Assembly (NCBI GenBank): GCA_964016885.1
Contig: OZ024748.1
Span: forward strand, 18,414,001-18,478,000
DNA length: 64,000 bases
Direction: 5' to 3'
From: Eledone cirrhosa
Taxonomy: Eukaryota
Shown in pieces: positions 35,996-49,445 of the stretch. A model generated the notes under the pieces. That model had not been told where the DNA came from, ran no database searches, and saw nothing but the letters and a program-made list of their open reading frames with translations. The position numbers and the translations under genes were made by a program. Positions within the stretch are counted from its first letter, which is position 1; every line of letters begins with the position of its first letter.

Positions 35996-37680
35996 CATCA
36001 TCATCATCATCATCAACGTTTAACGTCCGTGTTCCACGCTTGCATGGGTTTGGACGGGGGTAGTCCCACTTGAGGCAAGAGTGACTGTCTTGCTCGCATA
36101 GGACTGTCTGGCAGGTTTTCTACAGTTGGATGCCCTTCCTAACACCAACCACATTTACAGTGTGGGTCTGGGAGGTTTTTACCGTGTTGCCTACATGACC
36201 ACATTACAGCGTGGACTGTGTGTTTTTTTGTTGTGACACCTACACAATCTCATTTGTTTCGGCCTGGATGGCGCGGCACCAACATAACTTTACATAGAAC
36301 GGGGTGGTGGTGGTGGGACGGGGTGTATTTTGTTAGAGATGCCTACTGGCTGTAGTAGGTTTTTACTATGTATTTAGGTAAGGCGGGTCTTCTCTGTTAC
36401 TGAGTACCGCCAAAGGTCTCGGTCCAGTGACATTGTCTTGGAGAGGTGTAAGTGTGTGAGGTCGGAGTTTATCAGCTCGTCCCAGGTTTTTCTAGGTCTG
36501 CCTATTCCGTGGCTACCGTCTATCTTTATTGCCCTGCACTTTGTTATACAGCTATCGACTTTCATGCACATCACGTGTCCATACCAACGTAGCCTTCTCT
36601 CGAGTAAACAACATCTGATCCCTCTTATTTCTAATTTTTTCCTTAGTTCGTTTATGCTTTGCCGTTCACGTATATTACTGTTACACATCCAGCGGAGCAT
36701 GCAAGCTTCGTTCCTCTCTAGTCTGCGTATATCCTCTGCACACAATGCCCAGGTCTCACTGCCATGCAACATTGCTGTTCGTATGCAGGCATCGTACAAC
36801 CTGCCTTTCATTTTTAGGGAGAACCCTTTAGCAGCTAATAGTGGTATAAGCTCTCTGAACTTTTTCCAACCAGTTCTGACTCTAGCTACTGTACTTTCAG
36901 AGCACCCTCCCCCACTGCTGATTTTATCGCCCAGGTAACGGAAGCTGTCCACTATTTCTATAGAACCCTCTGCGCAATTGAAAGAGCTAGTATTTTGTGG
37001 GCACTTGCTGCTACTTATTGCACCAGAGCACTGGCCACATGTAAAATCTATGTTCTTAGTTAGCTTACCTGTGATCCCACTACATCTTTTATGCACCCAT
37101 ACTTTGCATTTTGGACATAAAATGGAGTTTCTACCTACGCCTTTCCTACACACCGAGCACGACCATTTCCCAGAAGGGACCGCCGCCTTGTTTTCTTTCC
37201 TACAAATTAGAACTTTAGTCTTAGCCAGGTTAATTTTAAGTCCTTTTGATTCTAGGCCGTGCTTCCATGTTTGGAATTTCTTCTCTAGCTCGGCCATTGA
37301 TTCCGCTATGAGTGTCAGGTCGTCTGCGTATAGGAGTTCCCATGGGCAGCCGGTCTTGAACTCCTCTGTTATAGCCTGAAGGGCAATAATAAATAGTAGG
37401 GGGCTGAGAACAGGGCCCTGATGGACGTCAACTTTTACGCTAAACTCTTCACTATATTCGTTGTTAATTCTAACCTTGCTGACTGTTTCTTTATACATGG
37501 CTTGTATAGCCCTCACAAGCCATTCGTCAACGTCTAGTTTTCTAAGAGCCCACCAGATAATGGAGCGGGGGACTCTGTCGAAGGCTTTCTCCAAGTCGAC
37601 AAAAGCTAAGTAGAGGGGTTTACCTTTAGCTAGGTACTTCTCCTGTAGTTGTCGTACAATGAAAAGAGTGTCTGTGGTAC
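35996..37680 (-). mobile_element. 5'-truncated RTE-clade LINE with open RT ORF (36374..37690), 3' UTR and (GAT)n tail
   Basis: LAFVDLEKAFDRVP, HQGPVLSPLLF, LLYADDL, FRYLG, RRLRWYGHV, GRPRKTW motifs; no stop over ~435 codons. Confidence 0.95.
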
Positions 37681-38309
37681 CATGATACAAAACTGCTTCT
37701 TTTTGAAGTGTTTATATTTATCTAAAACCTTTCCATCATAATTTTATGAAAGAAACTTTGTTAAGTTATGTGCCAAGCAACAACGAAATGATGAGAAAAT
37801 TAGTTATATTACTTCAGAATTCAAAATTCTTATTTACAAAATCATTTGAAAATTATAGGCAGTGACTTTCATTGGAAATATGGTAATGAAAGGGTTAAGA
37901 ACAAAAAATACAAAATGGTTTTAGCGAAATTTTTATTCTTTTTAATATATTTCAATCTATTTAACCATATTCAAGGGGGTATTTTCAAAGAATGACAAAA
38001 GGATCTTTCATTTAAAAAAAAAAAAATTTAAAAAAATTCATTTTTTTTCTTTTTCTCTTTTTATTTGTCCAAGTTTTTAATTATTATCTTGTTTTTTTTT
38101 CCCTTTTTTTAAATAAATCCAGTATGCTGCATCTGTATTTTTGTGGGGGGGTGGGGGAAGAAATAACTGCTAACAATTGAGAGAAAAAACAATACAGTTA
38201 ACCCATTGAATACAAAGCTTTAAAAAAAATGTGTTTGCTTTGTTTTGGTTACTGTTGGTGAGATAGAGTTAGATAGATAGGTTGGTAGAAAGAGAGAGAG
38301 AGAGATGAA

Positions 38310-38395
38310 AATATACATTATACATATATACATAAATACACACATATTTATATATGTATGTACAAATACACACACATATATATGTATATATATCT

Positions 38396-38426
<31 letters not shown>

Positions 38427-38445
38427 CTTATATATATATATATAT

Positions 38446-38486
<41 letters not shown>

Positions 38487-38510
38487 TATATATATCTTAT
38501 ATATATCTAT

Positions 38511-38550
<40 letters not shown>

Positions 38551-38590
38551 TATATACTGACAGAATGAGAAAGAGAGAGAGAGAGAGAAT
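38310..38590. repeat. Compound (AT)n/(AC)n/(AG)n microsatellite (representative; many others, e.g. 3050-3170, 38958-39068, 56525-56590, 57430-57517, 63500-63627)
   Basis: Direct inspection. Confidence 0.95.
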
Positions 38591-38952
38591 GTTCTGCTGA
38601 ATCATAAATAATGGTAAACATTGGAGTACAAGAGTGTAGATTAGAGTACACGAAGAGAGTACAAGAGAAGAATAAGTTGTATATTCTATAGAGACTGGAC
38701 TTGTAAGATGTAGTAAAAATGTACAGCTTTCCAACCTATACCAGGTTTTATTGACTTGTTTTTTGTTGTTTTTTTTTTTGAAATTTAATTCATTTTTTTT
38801 GTTATTTTTTTTCATTTTTTTTTCTATAATTTTTAACGAAGTGATTAATTAATTAAAATTATGGAAAGTTCTACGTTTGTTATTTTATTTGCCTACTTTT
38901 TTGTGTTGCCCACCTTCAACAATTGTATATAATATATTTTTCTTATATGGCT

Positions 38953-39068
<116 letters not shown>

Positions 39069-39225
39069 AAATTGAGATGAGCGGAACAAGCAAAAATTAA
39101 ACAATCTTTTAAATAAATTAATTAAATTAAATAAATTATATATATATATATATACATACATACATACATACATACAGGTATAAAATTGTATGTATAATCG
39201 AAGCGTTGGGTGATTTGAAATTTGA

Positions 39226-39392
39226 GAATGTGAGAAACCCAAATGCAGAAAATGAGTGTAATAACAGTTGATCACCATAAATAATAGCTTAGAAAAATCA
39301 AGTGGAATATCCACTTGATTTTCCAAAGCTATTTATTTATAGTGATCAACTATTGTTACGCTCATTTTCTGCATTTGGGTTTCTCATATGTT
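39226..39392. repeat. Long imperfect palindrome (~80-bp arms), foldback element
   Basis: tgagaaacccaaatgcagaaaatgag...aatcaagtgga / tccacttgatt...ctcattttctgcatttgggtttctca. Confidence 0.92.
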
Positions 39393-39486
39393 CACACACA
39401 CACACACACACAGTTCACCATTTTCTCTCTCTCCACACCATGCATCTTTACTAACCAAGTCAAAAAAGGTTTGCAAGATGTGTCCC

Positions 39487-39524
<38 letters not shown>

Positions 39525-39525
<1 letters not shown>

Positions 39526-40030
39526 TGTTTCCAAGACAGGCATGATGCCAGCAACTAATTGTGGAGAAGAGGAAAGTTGATTAAGCTAATCAACCCCAGT
39601 ACATTACTGCTACTTTATTTTATTGACCTCCCTAAAAGAATGAAAGGCAAAGTTGACCTCAGTGGGATTTGAACTCTGAATGAAAAGAGCTGGAACCAAT
39701 ACCACCAGATATTCTACCTGATTCTGTCAGTCCACTGCCTAATAATAATAATAATTGTTTCTACTTTTGGCACAAGGCCAGCAATTCTGGGGAGGGGGGG
39801 GGGGGGGCAATTAAAATCAACCCCAGTGTGTAACTGGTACAATAATAATTGTTTCTACTTTTGGCACAAGGCCAGCAATTATCCAGTACATTACTGGTAC
39901 TTTATTTTATCGACCCCGTAAGGATGAAAGGCAAAGTTAACCTCGGCGGGATTTGAACTCAGATCATAAAGGGAGGTAACTCTATGCTTCAAAGCATGGC
40001 GTCCGACCTTCTACCGATACTGCCATTCCA
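39525..40030 (-). mobile_element. Cluster of 3 family A SINEs in (TAA)n
   Basis: Same motifs as above. Confidence 0.85.
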
Positions 40031-40860
40031 AATAATAATGTGTGGAAATGATCGACAAAATCCCATACCTCATTCGCTTACCGAGTGTGGTGGAACTCAT
40101 CAAATTGGACCAAGGAAACAATGTTTCCATTGGTCTTTCCATCGCTGATGCTAGCTACCTGTTGCAACTCCTGCCAGAATGATAAAAGAATGGTTTTAAA
40201 ATAACAAGAAAGACAATTAGACAACACACAAATATATACACCTGATTCATGTGGTTTGTATCATGTTTAAGAAATACATTGATATATAGGCAAATATTCT
40301 TTTAGTCTTTTGCTTGTTCAGTCATAAGACTGTGACCATATATTTACACACACACACACGTGCATATATATATATATATACACACACATACATATGTACA
40401 CATATATATATATATATATACACATACAAGTATATATATATACACACACATATATATATATATACACACAAATATATGGTCACCACAAGCAATGTACACT
40501 GAAACAAAGAAGAAAGATACCCATGGCAACTAAACTAAGTCAATAAATAAATAAATAAAATTTGTTTGTTTTTCTTTTCCAGCAAGAAAGTATTCGGTGG
40601 GGATGTTAGTGTCTGGAGGAGGGGGTGGGGTGGAGGAAGAGGTGGGGTGTGAGGAGATGGGGGAAGAGGCGGAAAGTCTGTATGTGTGGTGGTGGTGGTG
40701 GTGGTGTAAGTGTAGCAGGTGACAGAAAAATGTGAAAATGTTATGCTATTAATGTTAACTTTTCCTAATAAAGGTTTACTGTTAACACCTCTTCCTGAAT
40801 TACTTGGGGTGTATAATTGTGAGGGACCCCCCCCCCATTTTAGTAATAGGTACACTGTAT

Positions 40861-41039
40861 CCCTGTGTTGTAAAAGGCTATTAAACAGGCTGTATCTGGC
40901 CAGAATTCTCTCACCTCTTTCTGTTCAAACCATCTGTAACTAGCCACTCATACTGATGTTAAGATTGGATATTATGTGAGGTAAAGCCTTTACCGTGAAA
41001 GTACAATAGTATATAGAGAGTAATATAAATGCTAAAGGG
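40861..41039 (+). mobile_element. piggyBac-derived MITE
   Basis: Family body, ends GCTAAAGGG|TTAA. Confidence 0.75.
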
Positions 41040-41114
41040 TTAAAAACACCATCTACAAATATTACAGTTCAAATAAAACCAGAGTTTGAAGGTAAGATGT
41101 GAATATAATAATAA

Positions 41115-42100
41115 TGATTTTCTAATTTAGGCACAAGGCCAACAATTTTGAAGGGGTTGGGGAAAGTTGATTAGATGGACTGATCCTTTTTTTTTTTTAT
41201 CGACCCTGGAAGGATGAAAGTCAAATTTTGACTTCGGCAGGATTAGAACTAAGAACATAAAATGGAATTAAATATTGTGAAAGCATTTTATCCAACACAT
41301 CAACAATTTTCACAGTAAACTGGCCTTTGAATAATAATAATAATAATAATAATAATGTTTCTACTTTTGGCACAAAGCCAGCAATTACCCCAGTACATTA
41401 CTGGTGTTTTATTTTATCAACCTCGTAAGGATGAAAGGCAAAGTTAACCTCAGCGGGATTTGAACGCATAACGTAAAGGGCCATAACTCTATGCTGCAAA
41501 GCATGGTGTTTGACGCTCAACCGATACTGCTAAACATTTCTCATTCAGGCACAAGGCCATCAATTTGTGGGGGAGAGGAAAGTCGATGAACTCGACCCCA
41601 GTACATTACTGGTACTTTATTTTATCAACCCTGGAAGGATGAAAGGCAAAGCTAACCTCGGCAGGATTTGAACTCAGAATGTAAAGGACCGTAACTCTAT
41701 GCTGCAAAGCATGGTTTCCGCCGCTCTATTGATACTGCTAATCCACTGTCCTAATAATAATAATAATTGTTTCTACTTTAGGCACAAGGCCAGCAATTTT
41801 GGAACGAGGGAAAATCAATTAAATCAACCCCAGTGCTTTATTTATCAGCCCCTTAAGGATGAATGGCAAAGTTAACCTCAGCAGGATTCGAACACAGATC
41901 GCAAAGGGGCGTAACTCTATGCCATAAAGCATGTTGTCCAATGCTCTATCGATTCTGCAAATCCACCGCCCTAATAATAATAATAATAATAATAATGGTT
42001 TTTGATTTAGGCACAAGACCAATAATTTTAGGGGGGGAGGGAAAGTCAAATTGACCCCATAAGGATGAAAGGCAAAACTAACCTCAGTGGGATTTAATAA
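41115..42100 (-). mobile_element. Head-to-tail cluster of 5 family A SINEs separated by (TAA)n
   Basis: Same motifs as above. Confidence 0.88.
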
Positions 42101-43050
42101 CAATTGGCTACAGTGCTGTTGACACCATTAAATGGTGAAACTAAAACGGTACCTACATCTAAGAAAATGCATCATTTAACAATGAAACTTCTTTTACAAA
42201 GAGAAGAAAATCTTATTATTTCATTCATTTTTAAAATTGTTTTTTTTTGTTTACTTCTCTTTGATAAAGTTCCTTGTAAGGCACTATTAGCAACTGAAAA
42301 TTGTTTGTATATATATACATACATACACAGACATGTGTGTGTATATATATGTATATATATATATATACACACACACACATATATATATATGTATATGTAT
42401 ATAGCTAAGATGGAATTTTTAATAAGCCAGCACTACTTGAAGTGAATTCTAAAAAAATGAAGGTACACACACACACATATATGCACATATACTTATATAT
42501 AGATATGTACATATCTATCTATCTATATATATATATAACATATGTATGTGTATATTATATATATATATATGGCTTAGTTTGGATCTAGCTGTCGAAATGG
42601 CTGGAGCTCAGCCGTCGGGGTCCTGACTCTTTTCCTATATATATATATATATATATACTTAAAGGACGATCGACTTTCGTCAAATCGGACCGAGGGAACA
42701 ATGTTTCCGTTGGTCTTTCCAATTGCTAATACTATCTATCGGTCGCAACTCCAGGTAGAAGGAGCAACGTGAAATAAAGTGTCTTGCTCAAGGACATAAC
42801 GCATCGCCTGGTCCAGGAATCGAACTCACAACCTTACGATTGCGAATCCAATTCTCTAACCACTCAGCCACACACCTATACATATATATTTTAAAAATTT
42901 TCTTATTTTACGTCTTTCATATAATTGTTCTGCATCCCCCTGCATAGAACCACCTAGGTACTATGACATAACTTATATATTTGCTAGCATTAGTGTACAT
43001 CTGTACGCATATGTTGGTAGATGTACTAATTCTCTCTCTATATATATATG

Positions 43051-43081
<31 letters not shown>

Positions 43082-43744
43082 CACATACATACTTTTAGAC
43101 ACACACACAAATATATCATCAACTGTGGGACTCTATTTTCAATGACTAGCTAATAACGGCTCTATTTCTAAAGAACATTCTGGGACAGGTGGGGGTGGTC
43201 GGGTGGGTAATAGGTAGATGTGTGGGTAATGGATGGCAGGTATTTCAGATAAAACGTTTATGGTTTATATTGAAATAAGGGATGGCAACAGAGAAAAATT
43301 CCGTGATTAGAAATTTTGAGATCAAAATAACAGACAAACAGACACATATGTAGTATGTTTATCTGTAGGACCTATGTAGGTTCTGACAACAGGCGTTCCA
43401 GTTGTGTGATCAATGGAATACCTTGTTCATGAAAAATTATGCAAATTAGCTGAATATTCCAGAGACGTGTAATTCTCAGGGAGATTCAGTGTGAAACAGT
43501 ATGTGTATGTGTGTGCCAGCTGAGTGGTTTGGAGCAACATGAAATCAAGAGTCTTGCTCAAGGACACAAAATGCCACCACAAATCAAACTCATGACTTTA
43601 TGATTGAGAATCAAATGTTCTAATTAGTAAGCCACACATCTTCACACATACTCATACACACACACACACATATATATATATAATCACACTCATACACACA
43701 CATATATATATACAATCACACACACACATATATATATATATATA

Positions 43745-43906
43745 CCATATTTCCTGGCATCGAAGAAGCTACTTTTTTCCTAAAATAAGTCTAAAAAAAA
43801 TCTACCCCACGTCCTGGAGGCCGAAGGTTATTTATTATAAATTTTTGGTTGTCAAAATTAGGGTCCATGCTTGAGGACAAAGCGTCTTCGGCACCAGGAA
43901 ATACAG
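43745..43906. mobile_element. Tc1/mariner superfamily (Tc2/pogo-like) MITE
   Basis: TA|CCATATTTCCTGGCATCGAAGA...TCTTCGGCACCAGGAAATACAG|TA. Confidence 0.8.
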
Positions 43907-44459
43907 TATACAATCACAAACACATATATATACATAATCACAAACATACATACACATATGTATATATATATATATATACATATATATACACACAGTCACA
44001 CACACATACATATATATATATGATAGTTAAAACAAATTAATTAATTAATTAAAACACGCACGAGATACAATTAAAGAAAATTTGATTAACATGGTAGATT
44101 AACAACTGCATTATTTGCAGAATAAAAATCCTTTATTGACTTCCTTAACCTTTTCAATAGTTTTGGAAACAAACCAGAATTAAAATTTTTTTTTTTTGCC
44201 CATAAAAAGTTGAATTTAACTTAAATTATTAGAGTTAAAAAAAAAAAAAAAAGGTTTTAAATACAAAAAATATAAAAGTCAACAAAAAACCAGGAAGATT
44301 CGTTAAACAGCATCATCATCACCATTATCATTATTGCTGTGATTGTTTGTTATAAATGTTTTATGTGGTTTGTGTGGGGCGGGGAGAAAAAATCCAACCA
44401 TACAAAAAAGCCCTATAATTTAGTATATTGTAACAACAATAACAACATCATCATCACAC

Positions 44460-44830
44460 GAAAGACTCTTTACACTGAATAACACCATGAAAAATATACT
44501 CAGTGTCGCCCATCGAAAGATGGAGTTCATCATGGTGGGTATCATGCTGCGTGCCAAGAAGAACACTTGGATGCGACAACAAACTGGCGTCAGCGACATA
44601 ACGACCATCAACACAAACAAACACAGGTGGGATGGCCACATCTCATGACTCAGTGGGCACCAAGAAAATGGACAAGATCAAAAGGACGTCCAAGGACAAG
44701 ATGGAGAGACGACCTCACCAACCACCTGAGACCCTCATGGCCAAGACTGGCAAGGGTCAGAAGTCAGAGGCAGGAGTCCAGGGAGGGGCTCCTACTCTGA
44801 GAATGATCCCAAGACCCTGGATCAAGAAGA
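44460..44830 (+). mobile_element. Decayed RTE LINE 3' fragment (different family)
   Basis: WMRQQTGV, HRWDGHI, RSKGRPRTRWRDDL, WPRLARVR across frameshifts. Confidence 0.8.
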
Positions 44831-45654
44831 TATATATATATATATAGAGAGAGAGAGTTGTGGCTCCCCAAACCAACCCTTATTGTTACAAAGACCTTAT
44901 GCAAAAAGAAATCGCTCGACTCATACCTATACTTTACAGACAATTCCAGACAATTTTAATGTGCTGCTTGTGGGACGTCCATCAATTCTGACAATGAATG
45001 TATCAGTTGCTTCACCAAAGAAACAGCTTGCTTGCAAAATATATGTACATGAGGTTGAAAATTCCATAGACATGTGTATATCCTTAATGTAATTCTCAGG
45101 GAGATTCAGCATTATATAGTGATATAGTGTGTGTGAGAGACAAGGATGGCTCTTTGAATTACAGGTACAATTCATTTTTGCCAGTCTACACTGTCAACTG
45201 GAGCAATATGAAATAACATCTCTTGCTGTTAAGGACATAATACATACTACCCAGTTCAGGAATGAAACCCACGGTCTTATTATTTGGAGTAAATACCATA
45301 ATCCCTACATAGTAATGTGATAGCACATATATAGAATGGTGGACACCCAAACCAACCTATTTTGTTGTAGAATCCTTTTACGATCACACTCCACCGAAAG
45401 GTGCCTTCAAACTGGAAACCTATCTTAAGTGCTTGCAACAGGGTGGTCACTACCAATGACACCCAAAGACCAGGTGGTGGTGTTAAACTGAGCAAAAACA
45501 TTTAGTCTACCACCCAAATAGTCCATGGTGGGATTTGAACTTAGAACAGCATCCACAGTTTGGTGTCAGGGGACAGTGAAACTATGTGGGTGACACTCAG
45601 TGTTAAAAATGATTTTCTTTTTTTAAATAACTTTTTAGAAAGAACCTCATAAAA

Positions 45655-48600
45655 TAGTTTCTATATTCAGCACAAGGCCAGCAATTTGAAGGGAAGGGAA
45701 AAGTTGATCAAATTGACCCCAGTGCATTACTGGTACTTTATTTTATCGATCACATAAGGACGAAAGGCAAAGCTAATCTTGGTGGGATTTGAACTCAAGA
45801 TGTAAAGGGCCGTAACTATATACCGCAAATTATGTTGGATGATGCTCTACCAATACTGCCAATCCACTGCACTATCAAATACTAAAATATTACATCAGTA
45901 CAAGATCAAATTAAATATGGTCATGTATTTAGTCTGTGAAAATACACAACCAAGTAATGGATGTTGGGTTCACATTTGAAATATTGTGGGATCAATTCCA
46001 GGTGGGGCATTGTGTTCTTGAGCAAGAAACTTCATTTCATGCAGCTCCCATCTACTCAGCTGAAAAAAATAGTACCAGCAGCAGCTAGGGAGTTAGCCTT
46101 GTGATGGACTGGTGTCCCATCCAGGAGGTAGTCTTGTACACTCAGTCACTGTACTTCATTATAACTGGGATAAACTCCAATCTGGTGAGTCTCTGGGCCT
46201 GAGGAAAAAAAATTAACTTGGTATCTATCCTCTTATTCTTTCTATTGTTCTGAATAAAAATGGTTTCTAATTTAGGCACAAGACAAACATTGGGTGGGGG
46301 TGGTATTGAGTATTTGACTGGTACTTTATTTTATCAATCCCTGAAGGATGAAAGTCAAAGTCAACCAAGGTGGGATTTGAACTGAGATGTAATCAACTGC
46401 CATAATACATTTTTCCCAAATGCTCTACCGATCCTGTCTATCTGGCCTCATAATAACAACAATAATGATGATGATGATAAACAGCAAATATAATATTGAT
46501 ATAATTTTAAAGAGGAGACAGGTGGTATAACCGATACTTAATTTTATCAACCATAGATGGATGAAAGGTGAAGTCAAATACATGAGCAGGATTTGAACTC
46601 AGTACTATGAATTACTGAACTACCATCAAACCAAGCACGCTACTGTTATAACATATTTATACTGATCCACACCTCTCCCTTGACACAAAGACAATATTTA
46701 TAGCGAGGTGGTGATGGTGAGGAACAGTTGGACTTTGTATATCACTAGTATAAGGATCATAGTTATTGTTTAACTGCTGTGGCAATGGCTACAATCTTGT
46801 TCTATCTATTGGTGGGAATTGAATCCCAAGGTAGAATTTGAACTCAGACTGCTAAATGACAGAAAAGATACTGCAAGGCATCTTGTTTGACCCACTAACA
46901 ATTCTGCCAATACACTGCCATGGACTAGTGGTACTTTTATTTTATTTGACTTTGAATGGATGAAAGGCAAAGTTGATGCTGGTGAGATTTGAACTTAGAG
47001 TTGAAAATACTGGATCAGACACTGCGACATCTCAACTATTGATCTAACCCTCTAGTAATCTTGTCAATCCATTTTCTATGGACTGGCACTTTATTTTATT
47101 GACTTTGAATGGATAAAAGGCAAAGTTGATGTTGGCGAGATTTGAACTAAGAACTCAAAATACTGGATCAGACACTGCGAAATCTCAATGGTTGATCTAA
47201 CCCTCTAGCAATCATGCTAATCCATTTCCTATTGACTGGCACTTTATTTTATTGACTTTGAATGGATGAAAGGAAAATATTAACTTCAATAGGATGTGAA
47301 CTCAGAGAAGAGGGAGTCGGAACAAATAGCACAAGGTAGCTTATCTGATGATCTACTGACTCAGCTCTTTCACAGGTTGATTCTTATTCTAATTTATTGA
47401 CCTGGGCTAAGTTAAGAACCTGCAGGATCTCATCTCAGAACACCAGGAGACAAAACTAAAACAAAGGAAAAGAAACACTATGAGGCATTTAGTCTGGTTC
47501 TCTAGTTACTGGCAATTCTACACCCTACACACCCATCATATATACACTGCTCAGTTAACTCTTTTGATACCAAACTGCTTGAAACTACCGAAGGTTCTAC
47601 TGTACAGAACTGTTTTTATCTAAAATCCCTCCATAAGGATTTTATGTAAGAACCTATGTTAATCATGATTTCTAATTTAGGCACAAGGCCAGCAATTTTT
47701 TGGAGGAGGAGGGGAAAGTTAATTAAATCGACACCAGTGCATTACTGGTACTTTATTTTATCAACCCCATAAGGATGAAAAGGCAAAGTTGACCTCGGCA
47801 GGATTTGAACACAGAAAATAAGAGCCAGAGCAAATGCCATAAAGCATGTTGTCCAATGCTCTACTGCTTCTGCCAATACACCACCCTCATGTTAATGACT
47901 TAATAATGAGAAATTTAATTATATTAGTAAATACCTTCAAATTCTTTATTTTAAAAATCATTTGTGACTTTAATAGAATTATAACAAATGGATTAATATT
48001 AATAAATTATTGCTAAAAAGATTTCTAAAATTCAAATCTTCGTTAATGGCTTTTTAAAAATATTAATTACAATTATATTTTTTTATAATTACTATTTTCC
48101 ATAATGTATTATGATACCAAACTTTAGAACAAACATGTATAAGACAAGCTTTGTGTGTATGTCTGTATAAATGTGTGTGTGTATATGTGTATATATATAT
48201 ACACATACATTCGCACATGAATGTATATGTATCACAAACACGTGTATGTGTGTATTTATATATATACACACACATTAACATATGAATGCATACATATCAC
48301 AAACACATGTATATATATATATGAGTGTAAGTGTATTTTGACCTGCCACCAGGAATAAATCTAACAGAAGAAGGATTTGGAGGGGAAGAGAGGGCAGAGC
48401 TCATAAATAAATATCTAAATATTATTTTTTTTACATTTTTTTTGTCTATAGTGTTTGTATTTTAGTTTGTTTATTCCAGGTTAAAAATAAGAGAAACCAG
48501 ATGGTTTCTAATTTATGCACAAGGCCAGAAGTTTTAGGGGCTGGAGTGGTGGTGGCAGAAAGATAAGTTGATTATTTTGTCCAATGCTCTAACCAATCTA

Positions 48601-49063
48601 CCAACCCTCACATGAATAATAATAATAATAATAATAATAATTTTCTACTTTTGGCACAAGGCCAACAATTTTTTTTGAAGAAGGGAAAGTCGATTACATT
48701 GACCCCAGTGTGTTACTGGTATTTCATTTTATTGACCCTGTAAGGATGAAAGGCAAAGTGAACCATGGCGGGATTTGAACCCAGAAAGTAAAGGGCCGTA
48801 ACTATGCCACAAAGCATGTTGTCCGGCGCTCTACCAATACTGCCAATCCATCGCCCTAATAATAATAATAATAATGATAATTAAAACAACCATAATAGTA
48901 ATACTGTTGTTGATGATGATTATGATTATTATTTCGTGCATAGGCACATAATCTCAACATTTATTCATGAAAGGGGAATTTATATTTGGTAAGTGTTATG
49001 ATGTTCACACCTTCCCACACATAGGGCATTATTATTATTACTTCTATTATTAACACACAAGTG

Positions 49064-49106
<43 letters not shown>

Positions 49107-49395
49107 TAAAGCCAGACTTTTAATACCATTCATTGGCAAGTTCACGATTTTACTAATGAAGAAAATATTTATGTTTTCTAACATTAGCACAAGGCCAACA
49201 ATTTTCTTTTTTTGGTGGGGTTGGGGGGAAAAGAAGGTGGGTTATATCGGTCCCCAGTTCTTGACTGGTACTTTATTTTATCGACTTTCAAAAGGATGAA
49301 AGGCAAAGTTGAACTGAGAGCGTAAAGAGCCAGAACAAATACCGCAAGGCATTTGTCTGACATTTTAATGATTCTACCAATTTGCTGCCCTTACT
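45655..49395 (-). mobile_element. Region with ~10 family A SINE copies, including a ~150-bp tandem triplication at ~46920-47310
   Basis: Repeated ggcacaaggcc, ggatgaaaggcaaag and gatttgaact motifs, all in the same orientation. Confidence 0.8.
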
Positions 49396-49409
49396 AATAA
49401 CAATAATAG

Positions 49410-49445
<36 letters not shown>

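Noticed and set aside
36438-37379. Plus-strand ORFs of 166 and 133 aa
   Set aside because: Antisense shadows of the RTE reverse transcriptase.
41640-41752. tRNA-like A/B boxes (and similar ones elsewhere)
   Set aside because: They are SINE heads lacking a cloverleaf and followed by SINE core and tail; no true tRNA gene was found.
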